Assembly: GCF_000092105.1 (NCBI RefSeq)
Contig: NC_014148.1
Span: 360,001-392,000, forward strand
Source of the DNA: Planctopirus limnophila DSM 3776
Lineage (GTDB): Bacteria; Planctomycetota; Planctomycetia; Planctomycetales; Planctomycetaceae
Direction of reading: 5' to 3'
DNA length: 32,000 nucleotides
The position numbers and the translations under genes are program-made. This document shows, piece by piece, positions 26,228 to 32,000 of this stretch (position 1 is its first letter; each line of letters begins with the position of its first letter). Below the pieces are notes generated by a model. The model was not told where the DNA came from and made no database searches. It worked only from the letters and a program-made list of their open reading frames with translations.

Positions 26228-28711
26228 TTAAGGTGCTGGATTGGCCAGTTCGGGAGGTAAGGGAACTTCCTGTGACAGGGCATGAATCACGAGATTGATT
26301 GCCAGCTTGACGGCATCTTCGGGAACATACCCTTCGCAACTGACGGTCGATTGTCGTTCCAAGGCGCAGCTGATGTCGTACTTGCTGTAAATTACAGCCA
26401 GTCGTCCATCAATCTCGATCGCTTCGAGGTACGGCTCACCTTCAAGCACTTGCGACTTCACTGCCTGACCGGGCAGGGAAGAGTTAACCCGCCGACGTAT
26501 GCGCGTGACATCCTGACCAGATTTCGCTGAGAAGACTTCGTGAGTGACAGGAATGCGCGTGAGAGGTGTCGCCGGGAAGGCTTTTTTCATCGCTGCACGG
26601 AACGATTCATCGAAGCCCTTGGCTCCGCAGCAGGCATCCGCCAGAAGGACACCACCGCGAGAAAGATACGTTCGCAGTCCTTCAATTTCCGCAGAGGAAA
26701 GTTCGAAGGTCGAACGTCCGTGCATGTACACCAGCGGATAGCGATACAGATTGGTATCGGAAAGTGGCAAATGACGGATCTTGGGATTGGTGCCGATCCC
26801 TGCCGATTGATCGAGTGCCGTCAGCAGGTTTCGCACAGCCGCCGGGGCTGCATCCCACTGTCCCGAATGTTGAATGCGGGCAATCTGCAGGAAGGAACGC
26901 TCAATGCGATCTGTTTTCGAGCTGAGATTCGCCAGTTCCTGCGAATCCAGCTTATTCGGCGGTTCACGACCTGTGGCGTAGGCGATGATGTTCGTACCAA
27001 TCTGCGTCGCACGAATTACTTTGGCTCGCAGATTCGGATTTCGGTTTGCCGATTCCAGCCGGCTCCAGTAATGCCACAAACAGCCGATATCCTCTGGGCA
27101 AAAGATCACTGGCGTGCGGCAGCCAGCATCAACGCCCCAGAGTTCCAAGCCTTCGGGATCGAGCAGAAACTCGCTGCGAAAGACCGGATGATCAAAGGAA
27201 AGTTTTTTGAGCACACCTTCGCCGGGCGGGAACAATCGCGGCGTCAACTCGCGAAAACTTTCTTCAAATCGTGCACTCTGGCAACCGGCCACTCCCAGAA
27301 TAAAGCCTCCCTGTTCGACATACTCTTTGAGCAGGGCAATTTCCGCATCTGTCAAATCGAGAGCATCCTGGCCGGTGATGTATAAAACGGGAGCCTGTGC
27401 AAGAGATGCCACGGATTTGGCAGCGACAGCTTTTGAAAGATCGACTTCCTGCGCGGTGAGCAACTTGGGCCATAACGGCCGACCACTCAGATACTCCGTG
27501 AGATTGCGGGCATCGCGTGGATGCCGATTCCAATCGTCGGTTAAGGTATGTCCGGGTCGATTCGGGTTGGGTGGCCCATACTTGAGCTTGTTCACCAAGA
27601 CGGGTGCCAGACCTTTGGATAGGAACAGCAGTGCAAAAGCCGAGGCCACTGTTGGTTCCGATTCATACAAGCCCACGCCAACCCAGGCTCCTGTCCTTTG
27701 GTTCTGCACCTTGAGCAGCACTTCGGCACCTTCGCGGTACCAGTCATGCTGGCCAAAAAAACGTTGTCCACTCAACCGGCCAGCACGTTCAACGCCATAA
27801 AGATAGTAGAGCAACCATGTTCCCGATCCGGGATTTTGAAGCGGTGTAAATCGATTGGCCAGCCACCTTAACCCTCGATCCAGAGCTTCGTTGGGCTCTG
27901 CCGGTTCACAGCAAGGTGGCGAACCATCGGGCCCAATTTTTCGATCTTCCACCAGCATCTGTTCCACAATCGATAGCGTGGCCACACCAGCGACAGTCAT
28001 ACTCCCAGTGCTCTGGCCATCAGAGGAGTAATTCCAGCCACCATCCGGGTTCTGCTGGCTCGTCCAATGGGTACGAATGCGTTCCCAGGTTTTGCGATCA
28101 ATCTCGACGCCCGCTTCGGCAGCTTCGCGCAAGCCCAACACTGCATACTGGGCGTTACTGCGGTCTCCGCCCAGATTGATCCCGCCACCAGGCGAACTGT
28201 AAGTCCACGACCCGCTGTTCCCTTCGCGGATCTGCCAGCTTTCTAATCGACTGGCCAGCCGGGCGATCCGGGGGAGATCGTTGGTGCTGGAATCTTTCGC
28301 AGCGACCAATGCCATAATCACCAGCGAGATATCGTAAGTCTGGGAGATTTCGTCTTCCGGAAGACGCCTGAGATACTGGAGAGCTTTACGAATTTGTGGC
28401 TGGTTGGCTTCCATCCCGCTGTTCAGCAAGGCGAGAGTGCACAAGGCGGAAACACCCGAGCGATGCCCGAGGTTGTTCCCCGCATCAAACGAACCGTCCT
28501 GCTTTTGCCGGGTCAAAAGAAATTCACGACCTGCATCAATCGATTCGAGGACGCGAGCAGCCGTTAACTCGGCACCACTTGTCACTGTGGCACAGGGGAT
28601 TGCTCCCGCAAACAGGCCGATAATTGATACGATCAGCCGCATGGCCCATGGGGAAAATTCGCGGCGAACTCTCCGGAAAGCTCGATGGTTCAATGAGACC
28701 TGTGGGTGCAT
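26228..28711 (-). CDS. Prenyltransferase/squalene-cyclase-like repeat region fused to two DUF4159 domains
   Basis: The N-terminal half has alpha/alpha-toroid style repeats: QKQDGSFDAG, NSGSWTYS, QNPDGGWNYS, QRTGAW. The C-terminal half has two DUF4159-like blocks. These are PVLYITGQDALDLTDAEIALLKEYVEQGGFILGVAGC...FDHPVF and PLVYMHGRSTFELSSAEIEGLRTYLSRGGVLLADACCGAKGFDESFR. A signal/TM sits near the N-terminus. Confidence 0.75.
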   Translation of the reverse strand: MHPQVSLNHRAFRRVRREFSPWAMRLIVSIIGLFAGAIPCATVTSGAELTAARVLESIDAGREFLLTRQKQDGSFDAGNNLGHRSGVSALCTLALLNSGMEANQPQIRKALQYLRRLPEDEISQTYDISLVIMALVAAKDSSTNDLPRIARLASRLESWQIREGNSGSWTYSSPGGGINLGGDRSNAQYAVLGLREAAEAGVEIDRKTWERIRTHWTSQQNPDGGWNYSSDGQSTGSMTVAGVATLSIVEQMLVEDRKIGPDGSPPCCEPAEPNEALDRGLRWLANRFTPLQNPGSGTWLLYYLYGVERAGRLSGQRFFGQHDWYREGAEVLLKVQNQRTGAWVGVGLYESEPTVASAFALLFLSKGLAPVLVNKLKYGPPNPNRPGHTLTDDWNRHPRDARNLTEYLSGRPLWPKLLTAQEVDLSKAVAAKSVASLAQAPVLYITGQDALDLTDAEIALLKEYVEQGGFILGVAGCQSARFEESFRELTPRLFPPGEGVLKKLSFDHPVFRSEFLLDPEGLELWGVDAGCRTPVIFCPEDIGCLWHYWSRLESANRNPNLRAKVIRATQIGTNIIAYATGREPPNKLDSQELANLSSKTDRIERSFLQIARIQHSGQWDAAPAAVRNLLTALDQSAGIGTNPKIRHLPLSDTNLYRYPLVYMHGRSTFELSSAEIEGLRTYLSRGGVLLADACCGAKGFDESFRAAMKKAFPATPLTRIPVTHEVFSAKSGQDVTRIRRRVNSSLPGQAVKSQVLEGEPYLEAIEIDGRLAVIYSKYDISCALERQSTVSCEGYVPEDAVKLAINLVIHALSQEVPLPPELANPAP

Positions 28712-28774
28712 GAGCTATCCGTCAATTACCTGGTTCCCGCCTTCTCCAAGCGAGCTATCACAAAGTTTCGCCGC

Positions 28775-29113
28775 TCAATGATCAGTCGCTTCGTGAGCAG
28801 GGGCAGGGCTGGCTGCATTGTCGAACAAGTGATAATAGCCCGCTTCTTCCAATTGCAGGCATTCGTATTTGTGCAATCGGTAAAGTACGAAAATGACGGT
28901 TCCGCAAACAGCACCGATCATTCCCAGCATGAAGAAGACACTGAGCATGTACGCACGCGGCTGTTCACTCTGCTGGTCTGCCAGAAGCTTGCACGAAGGA
29001 CATGCCCAAACCGATGACGAACAGAATACTTCACAGAACGCCACCAGCAGTAGCGCTTTCCAACGCGAACTGCGTACACCAACCGATGATGAAACCTGAG
29101 GCCTCAGTCGCAT
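28775..29113 (-). CDS. Small membrane protein (signal peptide, CPSC motif, C-terminal TM helix)
   Basis: The maximal ORF reaches 29248, which would leave only 20 nt before the divergent apgM start. The internal ATG at 29113 gives MRLRPQVSSSVGVRSSRWKALLLVAFCEVFCSSSVWA-CPSCKLL...YMLSVFFMLGMIGAVCGTVIFVLY. I recognise no family, and the start is uncertain. Confidence 0.4.
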   Translation of the reverse strand: MRLRPQVSSSVGVRSSRWKALLLVAFCEVFCSSSVWACPSCKLLADQQSEQPRAYMLSVFFMLGMIGAVCGTVIFVLYRLHKYECLQLEEAGYYHLFDNAASPAPAHEATDH

Positions 29114-29268
29114 ACATTTCCTCTCTTCGGCTACACTGCACCGAATTATAGCCACCAAAAGTGCTGCCGCGAAGAGACTCCCGGAGTTCTCTGGCCGAAT
29201 TCGACCAATCACAGCACCGACTGGCTGTGATTTTCTGCATTTCGACATGATTCCACGAAAGCGATCCT

Positions 29269-30477
29269 ATGAAACTGGTGCTGGTGATTCCCGATGGCTG
29301 TGCCGATGAACCCCAGCCAATCCTCAAGGGAAAAACCCCTCTCGAAGCGGCCCACATCCCACATATGGATGCTGTCGCCGCGATAGGAATGGTAGGAGAA
29401 GCCGATCATGTCCCGCTTCCTATGCCCTCGGGGAGTGATGTCGGCACTATGAGCCTCTTTGGGTATGACCCACTGCTTTTTCATACCGGTCGTGCCCCGC
29501 TCGAAGCGGCTGCTCAAGGGATTACGCTCGGGCCGGAGGATTGGGCCGTCCGCTGCAATCTCGTCACGACGCATGATGGCTTGATGAAAAGCTTTACAGC
29601 CGGGCAGATTCCCAGTGATGTGGCAGCTTCACTTTTAAAAGAGATGCAGGCGGCACTTCCCGCAGATTCCCCCTGGGAGTTTTTTCCAGGAGTGAGCTAC
29701 CGCAATCTGCTGATCTTCCGTGGTGCAGGCCGAACGGCACCTTTCGATAAAGCGACATCGACCACTCCGCCGCACGATGTCACTGATCAGCCATTTGCGC
29801 CTCACCTGCCGCAAGGCCAGGGTGCCGATGAGCTGCTCAAACTGATGGAGTGGAGTCGCGACTTCTGTGCGAAGCACCCTGCCAATCAGGCTCGCGGCGA
29901 CAATGCCGCTACGCAGATCTGGTTGTGGGGACAAGGCCAGAGGCCTGCGCTTGAAGCTTTCTCCAGTAAGTATGGCCCTCAAGGGGCCGTCATCACCGCT
30001 GTCGATCTTTTAAGAGGCATTGGCCGATTGATTGGCTGGAAAGTCATCGAGGTACCAGGGGCTACGGGTTATCTGGATACCGATTATGCAGCGAAAGGCC
30101 GGTACGCGATTGACGCTTTGAAAAACGGCGTCGAGTTGATGGTCGTGCATGTCGAAGCGACCGACGAAGCTTCTCATGAGGGCCACGCCTTCGAAAAGGT
30201 GAAAGCCCTCGAAGAAATCGACCGGCACATTGTCGGCCCTGTGCATGAATATCTGAAATCACAGGGCGAGTACCGCTTGCTCGTCTGCCCCGATCACCCC
30301 ACGTTTCTGCGGACAAAAACGCACAGCCACGGCTATTCGCCCTTCGCGCTCTGTGGCACGAATGTTCCTCAGGACAATGCCACCCACTACAGCGAACCCG
30401 AAGCCACCCGCGCCGGCACCCGCCTGACGCGAGGCTGCGACCTGATGAACCTGCTGGTGAATGGTGTGAAGGGCTAG
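29269..30477 (+). CDS. apgM: Cofactor-independent phosphoglycerate mutase, archaeal ApgM type (family also annotated 'proposed homoserine kinase')
   Basis: MKLVLVIPDGCADEP..., GSDVGTMSLFGYDP, HVEATDEASHEG and LVCPDHPT are alkaline-phosphatase-superfamily metal-site motifs in the order typical of the ApgM family. Confidence 0.8.
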   Translation: MKLVLVIPDGCADEPQPILKGKTPLEAAHIPHMDAVAAIGMVGEADHVPLPMPSGSDVGTMSLFGYDPLLFHTGRAPLEAAAQGITLGPEDWAVRCNLVTTHDGLMKSFTAGQIPSDVAASLLKEMQAALPADSPWEFFPGVSYRNLLIFRGAGRTAPFDKATSTTPPHDVTDQPFAPHLPQGQGADELLKLMEWSRDFCAKHPANQARGDNAATQIWLWGQGQRPALEAFSSKYGPQGAVITAVDLLRGIGRLIGWKVIEVPGATGYLDTDYAAKGRYAIDALKNGVELMVVHVEATDEASHEGHAFEKVKALEEIDRHIVGPVHEYLKSQGEYRLLVCPDHPTFLRTKTHSHGYSPFALCGTNVPQDNATHYSEPEATRAGTRLTRGCDLMNLLVNGVKG

Positions 30478-30540
30478 TTTTTGGTGCCTTGATTAATGTT
30501 TTCAGGCAGTGATCCCCGACGGAAATTATGATTTCGCACT

Positions 30541-32000
30541 CTACGGCAACAAAATTGCCCGGAAGAGTAAAGGAAACGTTCCTTGCGACCAGGCGCGGTA
30601 ATGGGGGCGGAAGGCGAAGAGGTGGATTTTCCCCGCATCGACTTTAGCTTCGACCCAGGCTCCCTTCTGGGCCAGAACTTCTGGCCTTGCAATGAAACCC
30701 GCCAGCAGCAGATTGTTTTCCGGATAGCTCGCTAAAGTCTTCAACTGCGATTTATTCGCTTTACCAGATTTCCCTTCATTCAGTTGCCACGCTGCAGAAC
30801 CAGAAAACATCATGGGGATGGAATCGGGCAAACCGGCAGTTAATGGATCGTCTGCAGGCGTCACACGCAGCACACTGCCGGGACAGGAAAATCCTTCCGC
30901 ATCCTTCGAAGTGACCACATTCTCGATGGGCAAACTGAACTGGGAAATCGCCCAGGCAGCTGATCCTTCCGTGGTGATCAACTTGCCACCCTGCTTCACG
31001 AACTGATCAATCGCCAGAATTCCCTCCGGCCCCAGCCCACCGGCGTAGCGTTCCTCAATCGTTCCTGGTGCCCGCCCTTCATTGATGGTTTTCGATGTCA
31101 CATCGGGGAGGATGAGGACATCGAGAAACTCCTGCAGTTCTCCCGCTTTAAGCATCTCGTTACGAACTGTGACAAAGGGGATTCCCGCATCATCCAGCAC
31201 CCAGCGCAGCCAACCTTCATCCATGCTCGCTGTCCATGGTGCATAAAGTCCAATTCTGGGCAGACGGGAAATCGTCACCTTCTCTGTGGCTTCATCCATA
31301 CCAAATGGAGAGTTGGCAGGACGCATTAAGCCGGTCAGTTTTCCCTGGGTGGCCACCTCCCACGCATCACCACGACCCAGGCTGGCTGTAAGTGCTTTCC
31401 ATGAGCCTGAATCTCTGGTGGACAATGTCTGCCGGTCGCCAGCGGCAATACGCGCATCAATGGTCATGCCGCGGATTGCTTCATCAGCCGTGGCGACAGG
31501 CTGCAGATCGTCAGGCAGATCTCCCAGCACCTCCACGCGGCGCAGTCCAAAAAGATGGGCCAACGCCCAGCCAGAGACATCGTAAGGTTTTTCCCCGGCA
31601 GGAAATCCCTTAAGCTCGAGCAGATCTTTCGCATGGCGACCATAGGGTTGATCACGACGTATCACGATCGATCCTGCAGGATAACTCCGGCCATCGATCA
31701 GCAGGGGCTTGGTGGCCACATGCAGCTCGATTCCCGAAAGCAGCAGAATATCGGCAAACCGACGAATGGCGTGGCGATCCACCTGTTGAGCCGGAATGAT
31801 CCAGCCCCGCACGCCATTTCCATGGCCATCGCTGATGGCTCGACTGGCGGCGGCGTGTGTCGTTTCCAGCCAGAATCGAGGCTCCCGGCTGACACTGCTC
31901 AACATCGACTTTGCAAAGGCGAGTTCGTAGTTGACGATATCCTGCAGTCGCCACCAACCTCCCGGCCATGGATGAATAAACTGGTTGGAGGGGAGATATT
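30541..32000 (-). CDS. C-terminal ~485 residues of a large M14-peptidase-associated protein; N-terminus beyond window end
   Basis: The minus frame stays open from the ATG listed at 31905 to position 32000 (...YLPSNQFIHPWPGGWWRLQDIVNYELAFAKSMLSS...). The block RIGLYAPWTASMDEGWLRWVLDDAGIPFVTVRNEMLKAGELQEFLDVLILPD matches, from memory, the C-terminal module of long M14 carboxypeptidase-like proteins. The catalytic domain itself is not in the window. Confidence 0.5.
   Translation of the reverse strand, partial: YLPSNQFIHPWPGGWWRLQDIVNYELAFAKSMLSSVSREPRFWLETTHAAASRAISDGHGNGVRGWIIPAQQVDRHAIRRFADILLLSGIELHVATKPLLIDGRSYPAGSIVIRRDQPYGRHAKDLLELKGFPAGEKPYDVSGWALAHLFGLRRVEVLGDLPDDLQPVATADEAIRGMTIDARIAAGDRQTLSTRDSGSWKALTASLGRGDAWEVATQGKLTGLMRPANSPFGMDEATEKVTISRLPRIGLYAPWTASMDEGWLRWVLDDAGIPFVTVRNEMLKAGELQEFLDVLILPDVTSKTINEGRAPGTIEERYAGGLGPEGILAIDQFVKQGGKLITTEGSAAWAISQFSLPIENVVTSKDAEGFSCPGSVLRVTPADDPLTAGLPDSIPMMFSGSAAWQLNEGKSGKANKSQLKTLASYPENNLLLAGFIARPEVLAQKGAWVEAKVDAGKIHLFAFRPHYRAWSQGTFPLLFRAILLP

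Overview
The window looks like chromosomal DNA from a Planctomycetota genome, roughly 53-56% G+C by hand-counted samples. The hallmark families are a DUF1501 / PSD-family (DUF1592/1588/1585, PSCyt3) gene pair, a DUF1559 'H-X9-DG' pseudopilin-like protein, PSCyt1 cytochrome-c modules, and prenyltransferase-repeat + DUF4159 proteins. Housekeeping genes are interspersed: agmatinase-family ureohydrolase, dihydroorotase, ApgM-type phosphoglycerate mutase, an AlkD-like DNA alkylation repair protein, a Y-family DNA polymerase, tRNA-Asn(GTT) and tRNA-Arg(ACG). I found no CRISPR array, rRNA, transposase, integrase or reverse transcriptase.

The best candidate for something new is a lone 727-aa ABC/AAA_13-type (PrrC/RloC-like architecture) ATPase at 9048-11231, between speB-like and pyrC genes.
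- Its G+C is about 6 points lower than the neighbours.
- Its Walker A is degenerate.
- Its C-terminal domain carries an R-x3-E...H motif reminiscent of anticodon nucleases.
- It has no restriction-modification partner.

Other notable items:
- a class II CPD photolyase fused in-frame to a renalase-like FAD oxidoreductase
- a PSD-family protein with a cytoplasmic MJ0042-type zinc ribbon and a TM anchor instead of a signal peptide
- a GGA-dense polypurine tract after pyrC
- a recombinase-associated small-protein remnant and a possible old tRNA-Asn-linked islet
- a GTTAAC-rich repeat region next to tRNA-Asn
- a secreted protein interrupted by a 50-residue Gly/Gln tract
- a Tyr/His/Pro-rich secreted mini-protein

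All functional calls rest on motif recognition by eye. No database search was run.
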